From positions 1-44,951 of the forward strand of contig CAZBKF010000006.1 of the NCBI GenBank assembly GCA_964492355.1: a stretch of DNA of 44,951 nucleotides, in the 5' to 3' direction. Numbering within the stretch: the stretch's first letter is position 1; each line of letters begins with the position of its first letter. Below the pieces are notes generated by a model. That model was not told where the DNA came from and did no database searches. It was given only the letters and a program-made list of their open reading frames with translations. Of this stretch, positions 10,528-19,946 are shown in pieces. The position numbers and the translations under genes were made by a program. The stretch comes from an uncultured Rickettsiales bacterium (GTDB lineage: Bacteria; Myxococcota_A; UBA796; UBA9615).

Positions 10528-11610
10528 TCAGGGCCAGGCGAGGACTCCGACCCCGTCGACGATCTCGATGTGGGCCCCGTGTCGCGCGGCGAGGGAGCGA
10601 AGCACCTCTTCGGCCTCGGCCCGAGGGGCCAGCTTCGTTCGCCAACCGTTGCGCTGGTTGTTCACGCGGATCGGCTTGATCTCGAACCGCACCGGAGCGC
10701 CCTGGGCGATGACGAGCCGTGCCAGCAGGCCGTGTCCGTGCTCGTCTCCGAAGCGCCCACCAGTCCCGAACATGGCGTTGCCGAGGGACCACAGGACAGG
10801 CACGCCGTTCCGGTGACCGAACCCCTGGGCAGCGTGGCTGTGGTGGCCGACGATGGCGTGCACGCCCGAAGCGATGGCGGCGTCGGCCTCTGCCTTCTGC
10901 GTGTTGTCGACGGGCTTGTAGCCGGGCCCCCAGTGGGGATAGAGGATCACCCGGTCGGCGCCCTCGTCGCGCGCCCGAGTGACGCTCGCCTCGATGGCCT
11001 CGGCGCCGAGCAGCGCCACCCCTCCCTCGCCCTTCTTCGGGTCCCAGTGGCGATAGGCCTTCCAGGGGTGCATGAACCCCAGGATCGCGACATCGAGGCC
11101 GCCCACCTGGACGTGCAAGGGAGCTCGCGCCTGCTGCTCCGTCGCCGCCGCCCCGAACGGGATCATCCCCGCGTCCTGGATGGCCCGGCGGCTGTCCTGC
11201 AGGCCTGCGAGGCCGCGATCCAGCGCGTGGTTGTTGGCCAGGGAGAGGTGGGTGAAGCCTGCATCCGCCAGGGCCTTCGCCGTCTCGGGTCGGGCGCCGT
11301 AGTTCCAGCGGGTGTTGGGCAGGAAGCCATCGGTGGCCTCGGTGCGCCGGGTCAAGGGGCCCTCGTGGTTGCCGATGACCGCCACCGCCTCTGCGGCCTT
11401 CAGGACTGGAGCGAGGTGCTCCAGGGCCCAACCATCCCCGTGTCGGGACAGCTTCTTCTCGATGTGCTCGCTGAGCAGCAGGTCGCCGGTGAAGAGCAGG
11501 CCGTGCTCTCCGGGGGCCAGGGGTGGCCAGTGGGGCCCATCGTTGGGGCCGGGACCGCAGCCCGCCAGGAGCACGAGCACACCGGCGATGCAGCGCAGCC
11601 CCCACCTCAC
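10528..11610 (-). CDS. CapA/PGA_cap-family metallophosphatase-fold lipoprotein
   Basis: Lipobox LLAGC. Motifs GDLLL, GNHE, ANNH and VVGHHSHAAQG. The GTG start lies 3 nt after the stop of the upstream HpaB-family gene. Confidence 0.8.
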   Translation of the reverse strand: MRWGLRCIAGVLVLLAGCGPGPNDGPHWPPLAPGEHGLLFTGDLLLSEHIEKKLSRHGDGWALEHLAPVLKAAEAVAVIGNHEGPLTRRTEATDGFLPNTRWNYGARPETAKALADAGFTHLSLANNHALDRGLAGLQDSRRAIQDAGMIPFGAAATEQQARAPLHVQVGGLDVAILGFMHPWKAYRHWDPKKGEGGVALLGAEAIEASVTRARDEGADRVILYPHWGPGYKPVDNTQKAEADAAIASGVHAIVGHHSHAAQGFGHRNGVPVLWSLGNAMFGTGGRFGDEHGHGLLARLVIAQGAPVRFEIKPIRVNNQRNGWRTKLAPRAEAEEVLRSLAARHGAHIEIVDGVGVLAWP

Positions 11611-11613
11611 CGG

Positions 11614-13083
11614 TCAGTCTCGCCAACCCGAGAGATCGTAGCCATCCAGGCACTCCTGGACGAACCCGGCGTACTCCTCCAGGTCCCCGTTGTTCTCGGC
11701 GAGGAACAGGTTCTCGAGGCGCACGTTGTCGACGTTGCCGGCGTAGTGCCGCTCGAAGAGCTCCTGCCGCGCCCCGAACTCGCTCCCGATCGCATCCCAG
11801 GCCAGCTTCCACAGCTTGACCCGGTCCACAGCGGTGACCGCGGTGCCCCGGTAGTACTTGTCGATGAACGGTCGGAGCTCCTCGCTGAGCAGATCTTCGG
11901 CGCCGCTCGGGAGCTGGATGAAGCCGCCGCCGCCCACCTCCTCGATGAGCTGGCGGACCTTGGGATAGACCATGGGAGCGAGGGCTCGCAGGGCGAAGAT
12001 CGCTCGATGGGACGGGGCCACGGTGCCGTTCGGCCCCGGATCCGGGTGTTGGCAGGCGTCCCGCACGAGGCTCTCGAAGGTCTGGTGCCAGGCGATCACC
12101 TCGCCGATGCGCACCCGCACGCCCCGCAGCCCGATGGTCCCGTTCTGCTGGGCGAGCCGGATGAGCACTCCAGCGAGGAACCGCAGCTTCGTCGCGAAGC
12201 GCACGCCGCCGTGCAGCATGAGGTTCTGGGTGACCTGGGCCATGGGGAAGAACCGGTTGGCCTTCTCGGCGTCCCGGTAGACGAAGCAGTTCTCCCAGGG
12301 GATGAACACGTCGTCGAAGATCAGCGTGGCGTCGTTCTCGTCGAAGCGCGACGACAGGGGGTAGTCGAAGGGCGACCGCTCACGGGAGGCGAGCTCGTAG
12401 CTCGGCCGGGACAGGAGCTTGAGGCCCGGAGCACCGGTGGGCACGACGAAGACCAGGGCGTGCTCGCTGTCGCTCTCTGTCAGGGGGATGGGGGCGAAGG
12501 AGAAGACGAGGTTGCAGTGGGTGAAGACGGCGGCGGTGCCGACCATCTTGGCGCCCCGGACCACGAAGCCGTCGTCACGCTCCTTGACCACCCGAACGTT
12601 GACGTCGGGCAGCTCGTGGGGCTGCTTGCTCCGATCCACCATCGGGTTGACCCCGACGTGGTTCATGAACAGGACGTCGTCGGCGAGCCGCTCGTACCAG
12701 CGCAGGCAGTTCGCCTCGTAGGGAGCGAAGAACTCGGGCCAGGCCCCCAGGGAGATGGCCAGCCCGCTCTTGTAGTCCGGCGTGCGCCCCATGAACCCGA
12801 AGTGCCGGCGGGCCCAGAAGCGCATGCTGTCCGCCCGCTCGATCAGGTGGCGGCGGGTGCGGGCGATCTTGAAGGACTTGTGGGACAGGGCCCCCCGCTC
12901 GGTGGTGAACGTCAGGGTCTTCTGGTTCGCCGGATCGTGCAGCGTGTCGTACAGGCCAGCGAAGAAGCGCGCGGCGTTGGCGAAGGCGTCATGGTCGGGG
13001 ATCGAGGCCACCCGCTCGCCCCGGATCCAGACCTCGCGTCCGTCGCGCAGCGACTCGAGATACTCGGCTCCGGTCAGCGCCAT
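11614..13083 (-). CDS. 4-hydroxyphenylacetate 3-monooxygenase oxygenase-component family (HpaB-like, FADH2-dependent)
   Basis: [26 protein letters not shown]-terminus and GRTPDYK. The length of 489 aa is typical of the family. ATG at 13083 is preceded by GGGGAG. The 40-aa N-terminal extension in the ORF track (to 13203) is compositionally junk. Confidence 0.85.
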   Translation of the reverse strand: MALTGAEYLESLRDGREVWIRGERVASIPDHDAFANAARFFAGLYDTLHDPANQKTLTFTTERGALSHKSFKIARTRRHLIERADSMRFWARRHFGFMGRTPDYKSGLAISLGAWPEFFAPYEANCLRWYERLADDVLFMNHVGVNPMVDRSKQPHELPDVNVRVVKERDDGFVVRGAKMVGTAAVFTHCNLVFSFAPIPLTESDSEHALVFVVPTGAPGLKLLSRPSYELASRERSPFDYPLSSRFDENDATLIFDDVFIPWENCFVYRDAEKANRFFPMAQVTQNLMLHGGVRFATKLRFLAGVLIRLAQQNGTIGLRGVRVRIGEVIAWHQTFESLVRDACQHPDPGPNGTVAPSHRAIFALRALAPMVYPKVRQLIEEVGGGGFIQLPSGAEDLLSEELRPFIDKYYRGTAVTAVDRVKLWKLAWDAIGSEFGARQELFERHYAGNVDNVRLENLFLAENNGDLEEYAGFVQECLDGYDLSGWRD

Positions 13084-13205
13084 CACTGGCTCCCCTGCGG
13101 TCGGCGGGACCGCGTGCGGCGCATGGTGCCACGGGGTGTGCTCCACCGTCGGGTCCCCCCCGGCCCGGCTGGACGGGGCTGAGGACCCCTGCCATGCTCC
13201 CATGC

Positions 13206-13529
13206 ATGTCGAAGATCGGTCGCAACGAAGCCTGTCCCTGCGGTAGCGGGAAGAAGTACAAGAACTGCCACCTCGGGCAGCCCATGATCGCCGACGGCGA
13301 CTCGATCGCGCCGCCCGAAGACAAGAAGACGCAGCTCGCGCGCACGCTGATCCCGGGCCTCGTCGCGGTGCTGCTGCTCGGCGGCCTCGGTGCCTGGTGG
13401 AAGGGCGGCGCAGGCCTCGGGATCGGCGTGGCCTGCGGGGTGTTCCTGGGCGTCGGCCTGATGCTGATGCGGAACCCGCCGCCGCCGGCGGACAGCGACA
13501 GCGGCAGCGCGATCAACTTCGGGAACTGA
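13206..13529 (+). CDS. Small membrane-anchored protein with an N-terminal SEC-C zinc-binding motif
   Basis: [22 protein letters not shown] (SEC-C CPCxSGxKxKxCH pattern) followed by two hydrophobic helices ([18 protein letters not shown] and [17 protein letters not shown]). The start could instead be 13194. Confidence 0.6.
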   Translation: MSKIGRNEACPCGSGKKYKNCHLGQPMIADGDSIAPPEDKKTQLARTLIPGLVAVLLLGGLGAWWKGGAGLGIGVACGVFLGVGLMLMRNPPPPADSDSGSAINFGN

Positions 13530-13550
13530 AGGCAGGAGCCGGAAGTCGAT

Positions 13551-13599
13551 GACCGCGTCGCTGACGCGGTCACCCAGGGCGGTGCCCTGGACGGGCACC
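13551..13599. terminator. Two consecutive GC-rich hairpins in the convergent gap between the SEC-C gene and amt
   Basis: Hairpin 1: GACCGCGTC-gct-GACGCGGTC (13551-13571), a 9-bp perfect stem. Hairpin 2: GGTGCCC-tggac-GGGCACC (13581-13599), a 7-bp stem. Neither has a clear U-tract, so the intrinsic-terminator call is tentative. Confidence 0.4.
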
Positions 13600-13609
13600 G
13601 TCAACTGAC

Positions 13610-14824
13610 CTACGGGACGAGCTCGCCGTGCAGGCCCAGGTCGAGGCCGTCACGCTCGATCTCGTCGTCCACGCGCACGCCCATCGTCTTGCTGAGCACG
13701 AACAGCAGCACCCAGCTCGCGGCGGCTGAGTAGAGAAGCGTGGCGATGACGCCCCAGGTCTGCACCCAGACCTGACCGAGGTTGCCCTCCAGGGCCCCCG
13801 CGGTGCCGCCCACCGCCTCGGACGCGAACACGCCGGTGAGTAGCGCGCCCACCAGGCCGCCCACGCCGTGCACCCCGAAGCAGTCCAGGGAGTCGTCGTA
13901 CTTGAACTTGTGCTTGAGCCAGGTCGCGCCCCAGTAGCAGACCACCCCGCCGATCAACCCCATGGCGAGGGCTGAACCCGGAGTGATGAAGCCTGCCGCG
14001 GGGGTCACCACCACGAGGCCACCCACGGCTCCGGTGACGATGCCGAGCACCGAGGGCTTCTTGGTCTTCCACCACTCCACCGCCATCCAGGACAGGCCCG
14101 CGCCAGCGGCGCCGATGTGCGTCACGGCCACGGCCATGGCGGCGGCTCCATCGGCCGCCAGGGCCGATCCGCCGTTGAACCCGAACCAGCCGACCCACAG
14201 AAGCGACGCGCCGATCACGGTCAGGACGAGGTTGTGGGGCGCGAAGTTCTGACGACCGAGGCCGTGTCGTGGGCCGACCACGATGGCCGCCACGAGCCCC
14301 GCGATCCCTGCATTGACGTGCACCACGGTGCCTCCGGCGAAGTCCAGGACGCCGTCATCGGCCAGGAAGCCCCCGGGGCCCCAGACCCAGTGGCAGACGG
14401 GGGCGTAGACGACGATCACCCACAGGGTGGTGAACACGATGAGGGAGCTGAACTTCATCCGGTCCGCGAAGGCGCCGGTGATGAGCGCCGGCGTGATGAC
14501 CGCGAACGTCAGCTGGAAGGTCATGAAGAGCGACTCGGGGATCGATCCGTGCATCGCATCCACGGACAAGCCCCGCAGGAACAGACGGTCGAACCCACCG
14601 ACGAACGCGTTGCCCTCGGTGAACGCCAACGAGTAGCCCACCACCATCCACACGACCGTCGCCACGCAGCAGATCGCGAAGCTCTGCATCAGGGTGCTCA
14701 GCACGTTCTTCTTGCGGACCATGCCGCCGTAGAACAGCGCGAGGCCAGGCAAGGTCATCAGGACGACGAGGGCGGTGGCCGTCAGGACCCAGGCCGTGTC
14801 CGCTCCGCTCAGCGTGTTCTCCAT
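13610..14824 (-). CDS. amt: Ammonium transporter (Amt family)
   Basis: About 11 TM helices with conserved FAVITPALI, GGTVVHVNAGIAGL and FGVHGVGGLVGALLTGVFA. ATG at 14824 (MENTLSG) is preceded by GGGAGAG. Confidence 0.93.
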   Translation of the reverse strand: MENTLSGADTAWVLTATALVVLMTLPGLALFYGGMVRKKNVLSTLMQSFAICCVATVVWMVVGYSLAFTEGNAFVGGFDRLFLRGLSVDAMHGSIPESLFMTFQLTFAVITPALITGAFADRMKFSSLIVFTTLWVIVVYAPVCHWVWGPGGFLADDGVLDFAGGTVVHVNAGIAGLVAAIVVGPRHGLGRQNFAPHNLVLTVIGASLLWVGWFGFNGGSALAADGAAAMAVAVTHIGAAGAGLSWMAVEWWKTKKPSVLGIVTGAVGGLVVVTPAAGFITPGSALAMGLIGGVVCYWGATWLKHKFKYDDSLDCFGVHGVGGLVGALLTGVFASEAVGGTAGALEGNLGQVWVQTWGVIATLLYSAAASWVLLFVLSKTMGVRVDDEIERDGLDLGLHGELVP

Positions 14825-15051
14825 GTGTCGTCGCTCTCCCGTGGTGGACGCGCAGAACCGCGTCGCCCCCACGGGATGGCGAGCACCTCAAGAACGGGGC
14901 CAGGGTCGCCGCGAACCTGAAGATTCGACGCGAGAACGCACGAGGCAGAGCCAGTGCGCCGCCGGATCCGTCGTCTTCCGTGCTCGGACGAGGGCTGGCG
15001 TCTGCCACAAGGCGGAGCAGGCTGCCCGATCGATGGGCACTCGGACCGGAA

Positions 15052-15453
15052 CTAGCTGGAGCGCACCGATCGGCGCACGTAGTCAGCCTCGGTCAGGATG
15101 CCCACCAGGATGCCCTGAGCGTCGACGACGGGCAGGCAGGAGCGCTTGCTGCTCAGGATCTGGCGCGCGGCGTCGGCGGCGGTGTCGCTGGGCTGAGCCG
15201 TGTCGACCTCGGTGCGCATCACCTCGCTGATGGCCACGTTGCGCCAGGACTCCGGCTCGTTGTCGGTGCTGAGCATCCAGGCCGCCCGCAACAGATCGCG
15301 CTGGGAGACGAGTCCCAGGAGGCGAGAGTCCACGTCCACGATGGGCACGTGCCGGATCCGCCGGGTGGTCATGAGCTCCGCCGCGGCATGCACGGTCTCG
15401 TTCGGACCCACCGTCAGGGGTTCCGGTGTCATCAGGTCCTTGACGAGGTCCAT
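15052..15453 (-). CDS. CBS-domain pair protein
   Basis: Two CBS repeats (MTPEPLTVGPNETVHAAAELMTTRRIRHVPIVD and VMRTEVDTAQPSDTAADAARQILSSKRSCLPVVD). ATG at 15453 is preceded by GAGGAG. The upstream part of the 188-aa ORF is not protein-like. Confidence 0.8.
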   Translation of the reverse strand: MDLVKDLMTPEPLTVGPNETVHAAAELMTTRRIRHVPIVDVDSRLLGLVSQRDLLRAAWMLSTDNEPESWRNVAISEVMRTEVDTAQPSDTAADAARQILSSKRSCLPVVDAQGILVGILTEADYVRRSVRSS

Positions 15454-15511
15454 CGATCCGCGCTCCTCGGTTGCACCCTGGTGGTGCGTTTCGGATGCTA
15501 CCAGCACCACC

Positions 15512-16405
15512 GTGTCCCAGCCTCCCGACAAGAGCCAACGAGCCGTCATCCCCGCCCTCGTCGGCGCGGTCGTGAGCATCTCGTTCGCGGCGATCTTCTT
15601 TCGCAAGGCCATGCCCACTCACCCGGTGGTCGCCGCAGGGCTGCGTCTCGTAATCGCCGCGGCCCTGGTCGCGCCAGCGGGGATCCGATCCTTCGTCTCG
15701 GGACGGGCGAACGCGCGGGTCCTGCGGGCCGGCGCCCTGGCGGGGCTCGCCTACGGCGTGCACTTCGGCACCTGGGTCACCTCCCTGACGCTGACCAGCG
15801 TGGCGGCGTCCGTGACCCTGGTCACCGCCACCCCGCTCCTGCTCGCGGCGATCGCTGTGGCCACCGGCCGAGACCGCCCGGATCCGAAGCTCTGGACGGC
15901 GCTCGGCCTGGGGGTCGTCGGTGTGCTGGTCATCGGCGGGCACGACCTCGGGCTCTCCCACGACGCCCTGATCGGGGACGGCCTCGCGTTCACGGGAGCC
16001 GCGGCGATGGCTGCGTACCTCCTGATCGCCCGACAGCTCGGCGAGTCCCTGGACATCTGGGCGTTCTCCCTCGCCGCGACCTGCGTCGGCGGCGTGACCC
16101 TGCTCGCCGGGGCCGTCGCCGCCGGCATCCCCGTGCGGGCCTCCAGCACCGAGGCGATGGGGTTCATCGTGCTCGCCGCGCTGATCCCCCAGCTCATCGG
16201 GCACAACCTGCTCACCTGGGCCCTTCGACACGCCAAGCCCACGCTGGTGGGAATGGCGACCGTCGGCGAGCCGGTGGGGTCGACCGCCCTGGCCTGGCTG
16301 CTCCTCGGAGAGCAGGCCTCCCCCCAGGTGATCCTGGGCTGCGGGATCACCCTGGCGGCGGTGCTGCTGGCGATGCGTCCCGGATCTGCTCCTCCTCCGG
16401 GCTGA
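15512..16405 (+). CDS. EamA/DMT-family transporter (10-TM drug/metabolite exporter fold)
   Basis: Two EamA-like halves with about 10 hydrophobic helices. The first 100 aa of the ORF-track protein are antisense to the CBS gene, so I rejected them. The start is uncertain: GTG at 15512 is preferred, and ATG at 15611 is the alternative. Confidence 0.72.
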   Translation: MSQPPDKSQRAVIPALVGAVVSISFAAIFFRKAMPTHPVVAAGLRLVIAAALVAPAGIRSFVSGRANARVLRAGALAGLAYGVHFGTWVTSLTLTSVAASVTLVTATPLLLAAIAVATGRDRPDPKLWTALGLGVVGVLVIGGHDLGLSHDALIGDGLAFTGAAAMAAYLLIARQLGESLDIWAFSLAATCVGGVTLLAGAVAAGIPVRASSTEAMGFIVLAALIPQLIGHNLLTWALRHAKPTLVGMATVGEPVGSTALAWLLLGEQASPQVILGCGITLAAVLLAMRPGSAPPPG

Positions 16406-17831
16406 CCGGCGCGCCCGGGACGAGCCCTGAGGGGGCCGCCGTCGGCGCAGCGCCCCGCAGACGGGAGGCCAGCACGTCCAGGGCCCCCTCTCCGCGGCGC
16501 AGGGTGACCCGGGCCCCCCGGACCTGCTGCTCGCCGGACCAGCGCCACGTCACCTCGTCCCGCCCCGGACCGTGGAACCGCTCCAGGGCCCCTGCGACCG
16601 CGAACCCCGCGCCCCCATCCAGGGAGAGGGACAGGGCCTCGGGGTGGGGAAAGCGCGTGACGACCTCCACGGCGCTCAGCTCGACCAGCCCGTCCGGGAC
16701 CAGGTCCAGGGTCCCCAGCTCGGGCTGGTCTGCCTTCCAGTCCCCCGCTGGTGCCCGGATCTGCTGAGCCTCGAGCGCCCCCCCGGAGGGGTAGAGGCCA
16801 GCCAGGAGCGTGGCGGCTACCGAGTCCGCCTTGAGGTGGTGGGGGAGATCGAAGGCGACGATCTCGCTCGCCCGCCGCTCTGCGGCCTCCATCTGACGAA
16901 GCAGCCGCACCGGATCCGGCTGCATTCCCGGCCCAAAGACCTCCACGTCGGCGACGAGGCGCGCCCCGATGCGCTCAGCACAGCCCGCGGCAGCGGTGTA
17001 GACGCCGTCCAGCTGGGTGACATCGACGTGTCCGGTGCCGACCCCGTCCATCACCACGACCACGTCCGGCCGGACGACCTGCAGCCACTGACACCACCCC
17101 GCCGCGGGGAGCTGCTCGTCGACGCGCCCTCCCGGACCGAGGGCCACGGCGATGGGCTTGCCGGGCACGAGGGTGCGCAGCCTGCGGACGTGGGTCCCAG
17201 AGATCGTCGCGAGCCGCTGCACCCGCCCGGGACCGGGCTGCTTGGGCCAGACCACCTCGGGCGTCCAGTACCACCCCACCACCGCTGGATGGGTGCCGTA
17301 CCGGGCCGCCGCCTCCTCGGCGATGAGCAGCGCCTGGTCCCCGGCGTCCTTCCAGATCCGGACCGAGACCTCGTCCTCACTCCAGATCCGCGGATCCTCC
17401 CGGGTCCCGAGCCAGACGCCCAGCCCCACCGACGCGGCGTCGTCCAGCAGGCCCCGCACGGGATCGATCCGCTCGGGCCACGGATCGAGGAGCGAGAAGT
17501 CACCGTGAGCGAGGTACTGCAGCCAGATCGTGCGGGCCCCGGCGTCGGCCACGCGGCGCAGATCCGCCAGCCTGCGGACCGGGTCGGCAAACCCCTCGGC
17601 GATGTCGGGCTGATAGAAGGCGCCGTCCAGGTAGAAGGCCGGGTTGGCGGCCGTAGCCCGCGCCGCCTCCCGGGCGGTCCGATCCGGCAGCCCCTGGGCG
17701 GACAGCTCGACGGCGATCAGCCCGGGGCCGCTGTGGCCGCTCGGCGTCGGGAGCATCGTGCCCGTGGCCGCTGCGACCGCAGCGAGGAGTCCGATCCCGA
17801 CGGCGATCTTGACGCTTCGAAGCAGGCCCAT
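16347..17831 (-). CDS. Secreted DUF4434-like glycoside-hydrolase-fold (TIM barrel) protein with an uncharacterised C-terminal beta-rich domain
   Basis: Signal-anchor MGLLRSVKIAVGIGLLAAVAAA. The pattern GAFYQP..W..L..V...GARTIWLQY..GWYWTPEV resembles DUF4434. ATG at 17831. The 3' end overlaps the EamA gene by 59 nt. Confidence 0.68.
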   Translation of the reverse strand: MGLLRSVKIAVGIGLLAAVAAATGTMLPTPSGHSGPGLIAVELSAQGLPDRTAREAARATAANPAFYLDGAFYQPDIAEGFADPVRRLADLRRVADAGARTIWLQYLAHGDFSLLDPWPERIDPVRGLLDDAASVGLGVWLGTREDPRIWSEDEVSVRIWKDAGDQALLIAEEAAARYGTHPAVVGWYWTPEVVWPKQPGPGRVQRLATISGTHVRRLRTLVPGKPIAVALGPGGRVDEQLPAAGWCQWLQVVRPDVVVVMDGVGTGHVDVTQLDGVYTAAAGCAERIGARLVADVEVFGPGMQPDPVRLLRQMEAAERRASEIVAFDLPHHLKADSVAATLLAGLYPSGGALEAQQIRAPAGDWKADQPELGTLDLVPDGLVELSAVEVVTRFPHPEALSLSLDGGAGFAVAGALERFHGPGRDEVTWRWSGEQQVRGARVTLRRGEGALDVLASRLRGAAPTAAPSGLVPGAPVSPEEEQIRDASPAAPPPG

Positions 17832-17904
17832 GGGGGCAGAGTATGCCCTGCCCGCCCCGCGACCCTGCTCGACGATGGGGGGCCCTACGCGGCAGACTCT
17901 CCCC

Positions 17905-18807
17905 ATGCCCGAGCTGCCCGATGTCACGGTCTACGTGGAGCGCCTGGAGGCCCTCGCCGGCGGCCACGCGCTGGAGCGGATCCGCATCGCCTCCCCCTTC
18001 CTGCTGCGCTCGGTGGACCCGCCCGTGAGCGCGGTGCAGGGCCGCACGCTGGAGACCGTGGAGCGGCTCGGCAAGCGCATCGTCATGGGTCTGTCCGGCG
18101 ACCTGTTCATCGTCCTGCACCTGATGGTGGCCGGACGGGTGCGCTGGAAGGCCAAGGGAGCGAAGGTCCCGGGGCGGGTCGGGCTGGCCGCCTTCGACTT
18201 CGACAACGGCAGCCTCGTGCTGACCGAAGCCAGCAAGAAGAAGCGAGCGAGCCTGTACCTCGTCCAGGGGCGAGAGGGCCTCGAGGAGCACGATCGGGGG
18301 GGCATCGACGTCATGTCGGCGGATCTTCCGCTCTTCAAGGAGACCCTGACCCGGGAGAACCGGACCCTGAAGCGGGCCATGACCGACCCCCGGATCTTCA
18401 GCGGGATCGGCAACGGCTACTCCGACGAGATCCTGTTCCACGCCCGCCTGTCCCCCATCAAGCTCACCAGCCGGCTCACGGACGAGGAGATCGCCCGGCT
18501 GCATCAGCACACCCACGCCGTCCTGGCGGACTGGACCCAGAAGATCCGCGACGAGGTCGGAGACGGCTACCCCGACAAGGTCACCGCGTTTCGGGACGAC
18601 TTCTTCGTGCACGGTCGGTACCGGGAGCCCTGCCGTGTCTGTGGCAAGCCCGTGCAGCGCATCCGCTTCGCCGAGAACGAGCTGAACTACTGTGCCGAGT
18701 GCCAGGTCGGAGGCCGGCTGCTCGCGGATCGGGGGCTGTCCCGGCTCCTCAAGAAGGACTGGCCGCGTAGCCTGGACGAGCTCGAGATCATGAGGAACAC
18801 GAAGTGA
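17905..18807 (+). CDS. Fpg/Nei-family DNA glycosylase / AP lyase
   Basis: N-terminal MPELPDV (catalytic Pro2/Glu3), an H2TH region (DPRIFSGIGNGYSDEILFHARL) and a C-terminal zinc finger CRVCGKPV...YCAECQ. Confidence 0.88.
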   Translation: MPELPDVTVYVERLEALAGGHALERIRIASPFLLRSVDPPVSAVQGRTLETVERLGKRIVMGLSGDLFIVLHLMVAGRVRWKAKGAKVPGRVGLAAFDFDNGSLVLTEASKKKRASLYLVQGREGLEEHDRGGIDVMSADLPLFKETLTRENRTLKRAMTDPRIFSGIGNGYSDEILFHARLSPIKLTSRLTDEEIARLHQHTHAVLADWTQKIRDEVGDGYPDKVTAFRDDFFVHGRYREPCRVCGKPVQRIRFAENELNYCAECQVGGRLLADRGLSRLLKKDWPRSLDELEIMRNTK

Positions 18808-19946
18808 GACGACTCATCCTCGCGGCCTGTCTGGTCGGATGCGTGGCGCCGGCGCCCACCCCGGAGCCGGGGCCGCTCTGGGAGCCGATCGAGGCCCCCG
18901 CGGACCTCAGCCTGCCCGGTGCGCCCGTGGGGACCCGCACGGTGACCTTCGAGGACCAGACGTTCGAGGTCTGGTACCCCGCGCCGGACAGCGTGCAGGG
19001 CTCGGCCAGCCAGTCGATCGACGTCGGTGAGTTCGTGCCCGAGGTGTTCACCGAGCGGGTGGGCGCCTTCGAGCTGCCGCTCCTCCCCTCGGTCGCGGTG
19101 CGGGACGTGCCGGCCCGGCTGCTGGAGGAGCCGATCCCCGCCCTGCTCTTCTCCCACGGGTTCGGTGGGTTCCGCACCCAGTCCGCGACGATCTGCGCGC
19201 ACCTCGCGTCTCGGGGCTACGTCGTCGTCGCGGCGGACCATCCGGGCCGCATGCTGGGCGACGTGCTGCCCTGTCTGTTCGAGCCGGCCCTGGAGGGCTG
19301 CGACCTGGCGGCCTTCGCCGGGGGAGACGACCCCGCCATCGACGACATGCTGGCGGCCCGACGCTGGGTCGAGCAGCTGCCCCCGGACTCGTTCCTCGCG
19401 GACCTCGTGGATCCAGAGCGGATCGGCATCCTCGGCCACTCCATGGGCGGCGCCACCGCCATGGACCTGGGCAGCCTGGACAGCAAGCTCGACGCGATCC
19501 TGTCCATGGCCTCCCCCGCCACCACCGACACGGACAAGCCCACAGCGGTGTTCGGCGGCAGCTGCGATCCCTTCGCGGACCCGACCGACCTGCAAGGGGT
19601 GCTCGACGGGCTCGCAGATGGCGTCTGGGTCGACATCCTGGACGCGGGCCACATGACGTTCTCGGACCTCTGCCCGGTGGATCTCGGGGAGCTGGCCGAC
19701 GAGCTGCTCATCGGGCGGCCCGACATCGACGCCGAGTTCCTCGAGAACATGCTGGACCTGGTGACGTCGGGCTGCTCGGGCTACACGCCCCCCGCCGAGC
19801 CGGTGTGTGGCGCGCAGTTCCTGCCGCTGGATCGGGCCGAGCCGATCATGAAGGCCTACGCCACCGCCTTCTTCGACGCCGCCCTGTCCGGGACGGGCCC
19901 GGGCATCCAGGCGGGACTCTTCGACGACGCCGAGGTGAACCGATGA
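18804..19946 (+). CDS. Alpha/beta-hydrolase lipoprotein (PAF-acetylhydrolase / dienelactone-hydrolase-like)
   Basis: Lipobox LVGC and nucleophile elbow GHSMGG. SHGFGG..HLASRGYVVVAADHPG. The GTG start overlaps the Fpg/Nei stop (GTGA, 18804-18807). Confidence 0.8.
   Translation: MRRLILAACLVGCVAPAPTPEPGPLWEPIEAPADLSLPGAPVGTRTVTFEDQTFEVWYPAPDSVQGSASQSIDVGEFVPEVFTERVGAFELPLLPSVAVRDVPARLLEEPIPALLFSHGFGGFRTQSATICAHLASRGYVVVAADHPGRMLGDVLPCLFEPALEGCDLAAFAGGDDPAIDDMLAARRWVEQLPPDSFLADLVDPERIGILGHSMGGATAMDLGSLDSKLDAILSMASPATTDTDKPTAVFGGSCDPFADPTDLQGVLDGLADGVWVDILDAGHMTFSDLCPVDLGELADELLIGRPDIDAEFLENMLDLVTSGCSGYTPPAEPVCGAQFLPLDRAEPIMKAYATAFFDAALSGTGPGIQAGLFDDAEVNR

Noticed and set aside
10570-13182. An 870-aa plus-strand ORF antisense to the CapA and HpaB genes. 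Similar very long antisense ORFs occur at 6207-7751, 7682-9325, 16572-18770, 23602-25425, 27062-28963, 32887-35061, 36900-38984 and 40374-42962.
   Set aside because: Their composition is dominated by R, G, P, A, V, D and H, with almost no K, N, I, F or Y, and I recognise no motifs. Each lies opposite a gene with strong family signatures. Stop-free antisense frames are an expected by-product of high GC3 codon usage.
14888-14902. A sigma54-like element TGGCCCCGTTCTTGA (minus strand) about 65 nt upstream of amt. Nitrogen control by NtrC and sigma54 would make biological sense there.
   Set aside because: The -24 GG is present, but the -12 element reads TTGA instead of the highly conserved TTGC. 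Two other TGGC.. candidates nearby have the wrong spacing by 1 nt. The evidence is too weak without a TSS or cross-species conservation.
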